The notes beneath the pieces were generated by a model, which saw nothing but the letters and a program-made list of their open reading frames with translations, had not been told where the DNA came from and made no database searches. 13,040 bases of DNA from Abditibacteriaceae bacterium (GTDB lineage Bacteria; Armatimonadota; Abditibacteriia; Abditibacteriales; Abditibacteriaceae), in NCBI GenBank assembly GCA_031425655.1, contig JANPJS010000205.1:1-13040 (forward strand), given 5' to 3'. Made by a program: the position numbers and the translations under genes. Below are positions 1-7,874 of this stretch, one piece after another (within the stretch, counting starts at the first letter, position 1; every line of letters begins with the position of its first letter).

Positions 1-228
1 GCGGCGCGGCTTCAATTTCGGCACCGCAAAAGCGGCTTGGCAACGCCTCGAAGACGAAGAAACTGAGTGATTCTGGCGTTATGTAATGGAAAATCCTTCC
101 CGTCTTACCGCCCTTCCCGACTTACCGTTTAAGTATTTTCCATTACATAACGCCAGAATCACTCAGTTTCTTCGTCTTCGAGGCGTTGCCAAGCCGCTTT
201 TGCGGTGCCGAAATTGAAGCCGCGCCGC
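1..228. repeat. Perfect 94-bp inverted repeat (1-94 / 135-228, 40-nt spacer) duplicating the 3' end of recX; probable fold-back artefact at the sequence end
   Basis: 1-94 is the exact reverse complement of 135-228, extending to 98/131 with one mismatch (GGAAAATCCTT vs GGAAAATACTT). The + copy re-encodes RRGFNFGTAKAAWQRLEDEETE* at 2-70. Confidence 0.95.
95..127. repeat. Short tandem repeat, 2 x 16 bp, period 17
   Basis: CCTTCCCGTCTTACCG (95-110) and CCTTCCCGACTTACCG (112-127), one mismatch; built from 8-9-nt CTTMCCG subunits. Confidence 0.85.
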
Positions 229-818
229 ATCAAGAAATCGAAGATTTTCTTTTGACGCGCGCGGTCATCCAATGCTGTCCACAATCGCAATTTTGGGCGC
301 ACCGCGGTGACGGCGTTTTCAATCTCCATTTCGTCGTCGGGTAAGGCGGCTTCGATTTCTTCGCGCCCGACGCCTTTTTGCCGCAATTCCTGCTTGAGCG
401 CCCTTGCGCCGCGCGGACGATAAAGCGAGCGGTTTTCGACCCACGCCGACGCGAAATGCGCGTCGTCCACCAATTTTTCGTCGCGTAGGCGCTCCAAAAC
501 GCGCTCGGTGACTTCGTCCGGCCATTCGTCGCGTTGCAATCGCGCGCGGATTTCCTGCGCCGAGCGAATGCGATAACCCAGAAAAAACAGCGCGCGGGCG
601 TAAGCGCGGGCATCGCCGTCTTCGGCTAAAAGCTCGTTTAAAGTCGCGGCGTCCAGCCGAACATCGGGATGCAACCCGCGCCGCCGTGCCAGTTCGGCAT
701 CAAGCGCGAAGGAGAATTTATCGTCCACGAAGACGTTGACGCGCTCGCCGAGAAGCCGCCGCGTTTTCGCTTGGGCTACAACAGCGGTGATGATTCCGGG
801 AAAAGGTTGGCGCGCCAT
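159..818 (-). CDS. recX: Regulatory protein RecX (long form with N-terminal extension)
   Basis: 219 aa. N-terminal ITAV..Q..RVNVFVDDKFSF segment of long RecX proteins, then RecX three-helix repeats: ALFFLGYRIRSAQEIRARL, LVDDAHFASAWV, RGARALKQELRQKGV, KKIFDFLMRRGF. Confidence 0.95.
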   Translation of the reverse strand: MARQPFPGIITAVVAQAKTRRLLGERVNVFVDDKFSFALDAELARRRGLHPDVRLDAATLNELLAEDGDARAYARALFFLGYRIRSAQEIRARLQRDEWPDEVTERVLERLRDEKLVDDAHFASAWVENRSLYRPRGARALKQELRQKGVGREEIEAALPDDEMEIENAVTAVRPKLRLWTALDDRARQKKIFDFLMRRGFNFGTAKAAWQRLEDEETE

Positions 819-896
819 GAAATTCGGTCTGATTCACCAGTTTACGCGCATCCTGTGCCGAAAATCGCTTGGCGAAAGTTAGGATTTATTGGTTAC

Positions 897-1163
897 TCTT
901 AACGCTAAAGATAATAGGGCGCGCCGCGCCGCCGCGTTAGCACGTCCGCGAATATGGCTTGTTCGCGGTCAACCCGTTTTCCAACGGCAGCTTCGCCGGC
1001 GGCGAAAAAACGCCCTTCACGTTGCAAAACGGCGCGAGCGCGAACAAGCCATATTCGCGTGTTGCTGCACGGAGAAAACCCGAATCTGGCGGCGATTTGG
1101 GACGGAATGCAGAACCCACCACACGCTATCGTCGCATGAAACGCAGCATTATTTAGGTTCGCG
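897..1163 (+). other. Possible long, degenerate attC-like recombination site
   Basis: Starts TCTTAAC-GCTAAA-GATAAT and ends ATTAT-TTAG-GTTCGCG. The two ends pair (AAC/GTT, CTAAA/TTTAG, TAAT/ATTA, with bulges) around nested stems, and a low-GC gene begins 44 nt after the GTT. Length and box spacing are non-canonical. Confidence 0.3.
947..1059. repeat. Long imperfect hairpin / structured non-coding element upstream of the OLD-family gene
   Basis: Perfect 21-bp inverted repeat CGCGAATATGGCTTGTTCGCG (947-967) / CGCGAACAAGCCATATTCGCG (1039-1059). Inner stem CCGTTTTCCAACG / CGTTGCAAAACGG (one mismatch) and an apical TTCGCC-GGC-GGCGAA hairpin. Confidence 0.9.
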
Positions 1164-1202
1164 TCGCCGCCTTTGAATTTATAGCCTTACAGAACAGAAC
1201 CC

Positions 1203-3032
1203 ATGAATAAGCTCATTTCGATTGCCCTGCCCGATACGTTTGAGATGTATCAGAACACTGACAGTCAATCGTTAAAATCGCTGCAGCCAACCTCCCAGAT
1301 CAATATCTTTGTTGGTTCCAATAACTCTGGGAAGAGTCGGTTCATGCGCTTGTTGGCTACGCAAGAAACATTCGAGGGGCTTCCGATGGGATTTGACCTT
1401 CAAAGTGCAAATGAGGAACTTACAGATGCCCTTTCTGAAATTGAATCCAGTCTAATTTCACATCGGCTTAGTGATGCTGGCGGGATCTCAAGAGATAGTG
1501 TGGGTATATTAAAACAACTGCCAACCGCACTCAGCATCAGCAAAGATGTATATCAAAATTGGCGTTCAGTAATTCAAAAATGGGTTGGCATTCAAGGTTT
1601 CAGTAATTGGAGTGGAAGTTCATCAGGTGACCCTAACAACCTCTCCTTTTTGAAACCAGTCCGTGAAGCTTCGGCAAGGGCATTTGCTGTCTTAGAAAAA
1701 ATTCCGCAACCTGCTGAGCAGAAGGCACCTAACCGAGTCTATATTCCGATCCTTCGAGGTCTGCGTCCCATAGATAAAGCTGGTAACGATGTGTATGCGA
1801 GGCGCACCACCGAGGATTATTTCAGCGAAGGGGAGATTCGGCCCCCTGAGATTTTCACGGGCCTCACATTTTTTCAACGTCTCACAGACTTACTCTTAGG
1901 GAGTAATTCCGAAAGAAAACTCATCAGCGAATATCAGAATTTTGTGTCGCAGGCATTTTTTGAGAGGCGGCCTTTGGCTCTCATTCCAAACCAAAAATCT
2001 GGCGTGGTTATGGTCAAGATCGGAAAGGAGCAAGACCGTCCCATCCATCATTTGGGCGATGGAATACAATCAGCCATAATCTTTTCCTTTCTTCCATTTG
2101 TAATGGAGGAGCCCACTTTTTTCTTCATTGAAGAGCCGGAATCGCATCTTCACCCAGGCTTGCAACGTAAAATTATGAAGTTTTTTGCGGACAGGCAGCA
2201 ACACACATTTTTCCTGACGACTCATTCCAACCATCTGCTTGATGTTACGATGGACATTAAGGAAGCCACAATTTTCACCTTTCGCAAGCAGATTGATCAC
2301 GACGCGGAAGACGATGAACAATCGGCAACTTTCACTGTTGAGAATGTGGATTCAGGGCATGGAAGCTCACTTGAGCTTCTGGGAGTGCGCAATTCATCTG
2401 TATTCCTAACCAATGCAACGATCTGGGTTGAGGGAATAACCGACCGTTGGTATTTACGAAAAATGCTGAAGTCGTATATGGAACACCTCGGCACCCCGGA
2501 GCGGTTTGAAGAAGATGTCCACTATTCTTTCGTAGAATATGGCGGAGCAAACATAACACACTGGTCTTTCTTGGACTGCGAAGATCACCCAATTGAGGTC
2601 ACACGGCTTTGTGCTCGTGCCATTTTAATTGTCGACGGCGACGGCTCAAGCAAACTTAAAAGGAAAGAAGCATTGGAGAATGAACTGGGAGACCGACTTT
2701 GCATTTTGCCATGCCGCGAAATTGAAAACCTGTTGCCCTACGAGGTGATTCGACAAGTTATTCTTGAATTCGAGAAAACGCCTGACAGGGAGCTTCCGGA
2801 AACCAAATACGAGTCTTACAAGGACAAGTATTTGGGACGATTTATCGAAGACAATCTCCTGAAAAAGGATTTCAATCGGCGCGGTGGATACAAAGCAGAT
2901 TCCGGCACAATTAAATCGAAAACAGATTTCTGTCAGCGCGCAATAGAGATAATTACTTTCGAGGCGCTGCCAGAATCCACACAAGGCGTCATTAAACGTA
3001 TCTACAAGTTCATCTACAGCCAGAATTCTTAA
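1203..3032 (+). CDS. OLD-family ATP-dependent nuclease (ABC-type ATPase fused to a TOPRIM domain), stand-alone; candidate anti-phage defence protein
   Basis: 609 aa. Walker A GSNNSGKS, signature-like LGDG, Walker B/D-loop FFIEEPESHLHPGLQ, H-loop TTHS. C-terminal TOPRIM motifs WVEGITD, EYGG, IVDGD and EIENLL. Visibly more AT-rich than its neighbours. Confidence 0.85.
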   Translation: MNKLISIALPDTFEMYQNTDSQSLKSLQPTSQINIFVGSNNSGKSRFMRLLATQETFEGLPMGFDLQSANEELTDALSEIESSLISHRLSDAGGISRDSVGILKQLPTALSISKDVYQNWRSVIQKWVGIQGFSNWSGSSSGDPNNLSFLKPVREASARAFAVLEKIPQPAEQKAPNRVYIPILRGLRPIDKAGNDVYARRTTEDYFSEGEIRPPEIFTGLTFFQRLTDLLLGSNSERKLISEYQNFVSQAFFERRPLALIPNQKSGVVMVKIGKEQDRPIHHLGDGIQSAIIFSFLPFVMEEPTFFFIEEPESHLHPGLQRKIMKFFADRQQHTFFLTTHSNHLLDVTMDIKEATIFTFRKQIDHDAEDDEQSATFTVENVDSGHGSSLELLGVRNSSVFLTNATIWVEGITDRWYLRKMLKSYMEHLGTPERFEEDVHYSFVEYGGANITHWSFLDCEDHPIEVTRLCARAILIVDGDGSSKLKRKEALENELGDRLCILPCREIENLLPYEVIRQVILEFEKTPDRELPETKYESYKDKYLGRFIEDNLLKKDFNRRGGYKADSGTIKSKTDFCQRAIEIITFEALPESTQGVIKRIYKFIYSQNS

Positions 3033-3050
3033 AATCGTGTGTGCCATTAC

Positions 3051-4535
3051 TCACGCCAAAATTTTGGTCACCGCGCTGCCGCCTTCGACGCCGGTTAATT
3101 TTGCGTCCAAGCCCTGAAATTTGTGGGTGAAACGGTTGCCGTCAATGCCCATTAAACGCAGCATGGTCGCGTGCAAATCGTAGATGCTGACCGGGTCACT
3201 GACGATGTTGTAACTGAAATCGTCGGTTGCGCCCAATGACATTCCCGGTTTGATGCCGCCACCGGCCAAAAACAGCGTGAAGCAGCGCGGATGGTGGTCG
3301 CGGCCATAATTGGTTTCGGTGAGCGTGCCCTGACTGTAAATCGTGCGCCCGAATTCTCCGCCCCACACGATGAGCGTGTCGTCGAGCAGGCCGCGCTGTT
3401 TGAGGTCTTGAATCAAGCCCGCCGTCGGCTGATCGGTGTCGCGGCACTGGCCTTTGATGGCCGCCGGCAGGCCGCCGTGATGATCCCAGCCCATGTGAAA
3501 AAGCTGCACGAAACGCACGTCGCGCTCGGCGAGGCGGCGCGCCAGCAGGCAATTCGCGGCGTAAGTGCCGGGCTTTTTCACGTCTGGGCCGTATAAATCC
3601 AACACGTTTTGCGGTTCCTTCGATGTGTCCGTTAAATCCGGCACACTGGCCTGCATCCGAAACGCCAACTCGTATTGCGCGATGCGCGTGGCGATTTCCG
3701 GGTCGCCGATTGCGGCATGATGCTTAGCGTTCAGCGCGCCCAATTCGTCTAAAGTTTCGCGGCGCATTTGCCTGTCTACACCGGGCGGATTCGACAAATA
3801 CAAAACCGGGTCGCCCGTGTTGCGAAACTTCACGCCTTGATGCTCCGAAGGCAAAAATCCGCTGCCCCACAAGCGGTCGTAAAGCGGCAGGTCGTCGCGG
3901 CGACCTGTGCCGAACGAAGTCAAAACTACATAGGCCGGCAAGTCTTTGTTGGCGCTGCCCAAACCGTAGTCAATCCACGAGCCGATGCTCGGATAGCCGG
4001 CGATTTGCCGTCCTGTCTGGAAAAACGTGATCGCCGGATCGTGGTTGATCGCGTCGGTGTGCATGGATTTGATGAAACACAAATCGTCGGCGATTTTGGA
4101 AACGTGCGGCATCAGGTCGCTGATCCACGCGCCGCTTTGTCCGTGCTGCGCGAACGTGAAAATGCTCGGCGCGACCGGAAAATTCTTCTGTCCGCTCGTC
4201 ATCGTGGTTAAGCGCTGACCTTTGCGGATGCTTTCAGGCAGGTTTTCGCCGCGACGATTGGCCATTTGCGGCTTGGGATCGAACAAATCCATCTGCGACG
4301 GCGCGCCCGATTGAAACAGGTAAATCACGCGCTTAGCCTTGACCGGAAAGTGCGGAAAACCGGGAATCATGCGGTTGCCGGGCGCAGCGGCGAAGGCGTT
4401 TTTGTCGAGCAAACCTTGCAGCGCGATAAGGCCCAACCCCGCCGCCGAGCGCGATAAAAACGTGCGCCGCGTGATGGCGAGCCGCTGCTGCGCGCTCAAG
4501 CCGCGAAACTCGTGATCGTTGCAGTTGATGTTCAT
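3051..4535 (-). CDS. DUF1501 domain-containing protein with a twin-arginine-like N-terminal motif
   Basis: 494 aa. TRRTFL followed by a hydrophobic stretch. Typical DUF1501 motifs AKRVIYLFQSGAPSQMDLFDPKP, CLLARRLAERDVRFVQL, GWDHH, WGGEFGRT, GRDHHP, DLHATML. Lies directly downstream of a DUF1549/DUF1553 gene, the usual arrangement. Confidence 0.93.
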   Translation of the reverse strand: MNINCNDHEFRGLSAQQRLAITRRTFLSRSAAGLGLIALQGLLDKNAFAAAPGNRMIPGFPHFPVKAKRVIYLFQSGAPSQMDLFDPKPQMANRRGENLPESIRKGQRLTTMTSGQKNFPVAPSIFTFAQHGQSGAWISDLMPHVSKIADDLCFIKSMHTDAINHDPAITFFQTGRQIAGYPSIGSWIDYGLGSANKDLPAYVVLTSFGTGRRDDLPLYDRLWGSGFLPSEHQGVKFRNTGDPVLYLSNPPGVDRQMRRETLDELGALNAKHHAAIGDPEIATRIAQYELAFRMQASVPDLTDTSKEPQNVLDLYGPDVKKPGTYAANCLLARRLAERDVRFVQLFHMGWDHHGGLPAAIKGQCRDTDQPTAGLIQDLKQRGLLDDTLIVWGGEFGRTIYSQGTLTETNYGRDHHPRCFTLFLAGGGIKPGMSLGATDDFSYNIVSDPVSIYDLHATMLRLMGIDGNRFTHKFQGLDAKLTGVEGGSAVTKILA

Positions 4536-4546
4536 AATCGTTGTTT

Positions 4547-4660
4547 ATTAACCACGGATGGACACTGATAGACGCTGATAGCTGGGAGTGGCTTTCTTTT
4601 GGGTCAATCTATCGAAAATCCCAATTTATCAGCGTTAATCCGTGTTCATCCGTGGTTAAT
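4547..4660. repeat. MITE-like intergenic element with 34-bp imperfect terminal inverted repeats made of ~10-nt subunits
   Basis: Left arm ATTAACCACGGATGGACACTGATAGACGCTGATA (4547-4580) matches the reverse complement of 4627-4660 at 30/34 positions; 46-nt spacer. Confidence 0.85.
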
Positions 4661-4663
4661 TCT

Positions 4664-7600
4664 TTACTCTCGTGTTACCACTTCGTCTAAGTTCAGCAGC
4701 ACGTTGGCAGTCAGCGTATAGGCGGCGAGTTCAGCAGTGTCCAGTTTTGCATCGGGCTTCGTGTCGCCGACGGCCAGCAATTTTTTGGCGCTGTCGGGGT
4801 CGGCTTTGAAGCGCGTCAGGCGCTTTTCGAGGCCTTTTTGCAGCACTTTGAGTTCGTCGGCGGCGGGAGCGCGGCCCGTCGTGCGGCGGAAGCCGTAAGT
4901 AATGCGCGCAGCCGGCGTTGCGCCGCCTTCGAGCAGCATTTTTTGCGCGAGCGCGCGAGCCGCTTCGACGTAAGTCACTTCGTTGAGCAGTGACAAGGCT
5001 TGCAGCGGCGTATTGGTGCGCGAGCGGCGAATCAGGCAGCTTTCGCGCGTCGGCGAATCGAAAAGCAGTTGCGACGGCGGCGCGGCGGTGCGCTTCCAAA
5101 TGGTGTAAAGCGTGCGACGGTAAAGCGCCTCGCCCGTATCGGCTTTATAGCCGCGCAGATCGCCGTAAACGCTGGTTTCGTCCCACACGCCGGGCGGCAT
5201 ATAAGGCCGCACGCTCGGCCCGCCGATTTTCTCCGCCAACAGGCCGCTGACTGCCAAAGCGTTGTCGCGGATTAGCTCTGCCGGCAAACGAAAGCGCGGG
5301 CCGCGCGCGAGCAAGCGGTTTTCCGGGTCGCGCTCCAAAAGCGAGGGCGACACTTTGGAACTCTGGCGATAAGTCGCGCTGGTCACCATGAGCTTTTGCA
5401 TCGCTTTCATGTCCCATTTGCGTGCGATGAACTCGGTCGCAAGCCAGTCGAGCAATGCGGGATGCGACGGCGGATCGCCTTGCGAACCGAAGTTTTCGCT
5501 GGTTTTTGATAGCCCCGTGCCGAAGAATTTTTCCCACTGTCGGTTAACCCAAACGCGCGCCGTGAGTGGATTTTTGGGGTCAACGATCCATTTCGCAAGG
5601 CCCAGACGGTTGTTCGGCGCGCCTTCCGGCAGTGCGCCAAAAAGTGCCGGCAGTGCGGCAGTGACTTCCGGCCCTTTTTTGTCGTATTCGCCGCGCAAAA
5701 GAATGTTGGCAACGCGCGGTTTATCCATTTCACGCATCACCATCACGGTCGGAATCTGGTCGTGATAGTCGTCTTCAGCTTTTTTGGCCTTTGCCAGTTC
5801 GCTTTCGGCCTGCTTCGCGGGATTGTCGAAATTGGTGCGATAAAACGCGAGAAGTTCGGCGCGCTGCTTGTCGCTGCGTGCCTCCGGCGCCAAAGCGAGA
5901 ACGGATTTGATCGTCGCAGGCACGCCGCCGCCGTTGAGTTTGGCCATCGCCGGGCCAAGCGATGTTGTGGAAACGCGAAAACGTCCGATGGAATGCTGCG
6001 CGAAGGCGTTAAATCGGAGGCGAATCACCAGCGATGCGCCGTCGGGCACCGTAGCGGGCGCATCGGGCAGGAACATCGCTTTGCGCGCCACGCGATTTTC
6101 GGGCAAATTGCCGCCAATCGCCCAGCCTTTGCCGGCCTGCGCTGCGATGGCGTATTTGACTTCGTAATCTTTCTGCGAGAAATCGGCTTCGGCTTTGGTG
6201 AAGGCGACAATTTTCGGCGGCGCGTCCGGCGCGCGGATTTCAGCTTCGATTTTGGAAAGCACAAAGTTGCCGTTGGAAGCGCGTCCGAGACTGCCCTCGA
6301 CGAGGCTGGCGTCGGGCAATGTTTCCATCAGAACACCGCCGAAACTGCCTGCCGCAAGCGGTGCTTCAAGCGTATAAATATCGTTTTCGGGATTGGTGCC
6401 GCTCGCTAAATAGGAGGCATCGGCTTGCTTTGTCAAGGTCGCGCCGCCTGCCGAAACCACGCTTTTCGGCACTAATGGCTGCCAAACGGATGGTTGATCG
6501 GCGGTTTTAGCGCGAAATTCCGGCTCCCACGCCGCGATAAGCTGCGGCAGGCGTTTTTCCGCTTCTTTAACGCGGATTTCGGCACTTTTGACGGCGCTAA
6601 TTAATCTCGCAAACTGGGCGCTTTGCTCTGCGCTTGGCACCTCGACAAACGGCTCCATATTGCCGCCGCTGCGATTCGACGGCCCGCGAATAACGCCGCT
6701 TTCCGGCACGTTATTGAAATAAGCGAAGAGTTGATAAAACTCTTTTTGCGACACGGGATCGTATTTGTGATCGTGACAGCGCGCACAACCCAAAGTCAGT
6801 CCCATCCAAGTCGCGCCGGTCGTGTCCACGCGGTCAATGATGTTTTCGATGCGCCATTCTTCGTCAATGATGCCGCCCTCGCCGTTGATGCGGTGATTGC
6901 GATTGAAGCCGGTGGCGACAATTTGCTCTTGCGTCGCGTTGGGCAGCATATCGCCCGCGAGTTGCTCGACAGTGAATTGATCGAACGGCTTGTTTTCGTT
7001 GAAAGCCTTAATCACCCAATCGCGCCACGGCCACATGAAACGCGAGCTATCGGTTTGAAATCCGTGGCTGTCGGCGTAGCGCGCGTAATCGAGCCACGGC
7101 ATCGCCATGCGCTCACCATAATGCGGCGAAGCGAGCAGCCTGTCCACGACTTTCTCGTAAGCATTCGGCGCTTTGTCGGCCACGAACGCGGCGACTTCTT
7201 CTGAAGTTGGCGGAATGCCGGTCAAGTCGAAGGAAACGCGGCGAAGCAGCGTGACTTTATCGGCTTCGGGCGACGGCGCGAGACCGTCTTTTTCCAAGCG
7301 TTCGAGAATGAAGCTGTCGAGCGGAGATTTGGCCCAGGTTTTGTTTTTGACGGTCGGCACGGCGGCGCGAAGCGGCGGTGTAAAAGCCCAGTGGCTTTTG
7401 AATTCGGCGCCTTCGGCGACCCAGCGGCGAAACAATTCTTTTTGCTCCGTCGTGAAAGTTTTGTGCGCTTCGGGCGGCGGCATCAAATCGTCTTCGTCCG
7501 TTGCGAAAATGCGCTTGATAATTTCGCTTTGGTCGGGTTTGCCCGGCACGATGGCGATTTTGCCCGATTTGCCGGCTTTGAGTGCTGCTTCGCGCTCGTC

Positions 7601-7771
7601 AAGGCGCAATCCGCCTTTGCGCGCTTTGGCGTCAAAGCCGTGGCAGCGAAAACAGGTATCCGACATGATGGGCCGGATGTCGCGGTTGAAATCTACTTTG
7701 GCGGCGCGGGCGCTGGAACTCAAAGCCAACAACGCCAAAACGCCGAATAGAGTTTGCGAATGAATTTTCAT
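4664..7771 (-). CDS. Planctomycete-type cytochrome c (PSCyt1) / DUF1549 / DUF1553 (PSD1) domain protein, secreted
   Basis: Sec-type signal peptide MKIHSQTLFGVLALLALSSSARA (alternative start at 7780). VDFNRDIRPIMSDTCFRCHG and GCARCHDHKYDP haem-binding CxxCH motifs. DUF1549 motifs LLRRVSFDLTGIPP, YGERMA..WLDYARYADS. DUF1553 motifs NPLTARVWVNRQW, PSHPALLDWLA, RSRTNTPLQAL. Confidence 0.93.
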   Translation of the reverse strand: MKIHSQTLFGVLALLALSSSARAAKVDFNRDIRPIMSDTCFRCHGFDAKARKGGLRLDEREAALKAGKSGKIAIVPGKPDQSEIIKRIFATDEDDLMPPPEAHKTFTTEQKELFRRWVAEGAEFKSHWAFTPPLRAAVPTVKNKTWAKSPLDSFILERLEKDGLAPSPEADKVTLLRRVSFDLTGIPPTSEEVAAFVADKAPNAYEKVVDRLLASPHYGERMAMPWLDYARYADSHGFQTDSSRFMWPWRDWVIKAFNENKPFDQFTVEQLAGDMLPNATQEQIVATGFNRNHRINGEGGIIDEEWRIENIIDRVDTTGATWMGLTLGCARCHDHKYDPVSQKEFYQLFAYFNNVPESGVIRGPSNRSGGNMEPFVEVPSAEQSAQFARLISAVKSAEIRVKEAEKRLPQLIAAWEPEFRAKTADQPSVWQPLVPKSVVSAGGATLTKQADASYLASGTNPENDIYTLEAPLAAGSFGGVLMETLPDASLVEGSLGRASNGNFVLSKIEAEIRAPDAPPKIVAFTKAEADFSQKDYEVKYAIAAQAGKGWAIGGNLPENRVARKAMFLPDAPATVPDGASLVIRLRFNAFAQHSIGRFRVSTTSLGPAMAKLNGGGVPATIKSVLALAPEARSDKQRAELLAFYRTNFDNPAKQAESELAKAKKAEDDYHDQIPTVMVMREMDKPRVANILLRGEYDKKGPEVTAALPALFGALPEGAPNNRLGLAKWIVDPKNPLTARVWVNRQWEKFFGTGLSKTSENFGSQGDPPSHPALLDWLATEFIARKWDMKAMQKLMVTSATYRQSSKVSPSLLERDPENRLLARGPRFRLPAELIRDNALAVSGLLAEKIGGPSVRPYMPPGVWDETSVYGDLRGYKADTGEALYRRTLYTIWKRTAAPPSQLLFDSPTRESCLIRRSRTNTPLQALSLLNEVTYVEAARALAQKMLLEGGATPAARITYGFRRTTGRAPAADELKVLQKGLEKRLTRFKADPDSAKKLLAVGDTKPDAKLDTAELAAYTLTANVLLNLDEVVTRE

Positions 7772-7874
7772 GCGGCACATTCTTTACTGTCAAAACTGCT
7801 GGTTCGACAAGGTATTTGGAGTGGAGTTACAGTTTAGCCTTCTTGCGGATACAGGTTGCGCTGCGTGACGATAC

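Noticed and set aside
889..1176. Small ORFs 889..1176+, 937..1122-, 954..1139+ and 959..1156+
   Set aside because: They overlie the hairpin block. The ANKPYSR peptide shared by the + and - ORFs simply reflects the 21-bp inverted repeat. No RBS or recognisable domain.
1203..3032. Calling the ATPase-TOPRIM gene Gabija, PARIS, Septu or a retron
   Set aside because: No UvrD helicase, separate nuclease, HNH or reverse transcriptase gene is adjacent; only the OLD-like fusion is supported.
3020..3050. A second attC site closing the OLD gene as a complete cassette
   Set aside because: The stop reads TCTTAAA rather than ..TAAC, no hairpin follows, and only 18 bp separate it from DUF1501.
3196..7763. 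Numerous 60-215-aa alternative-frame ORFs inside the DUF1501 and cytochrome genes (likewise inside recX, OLD and the kinase)
   Set aside because: They fully overlap confidently assigned genes and have the Arg/Ala-rich composition typical of off-frame GC-rich sequence.
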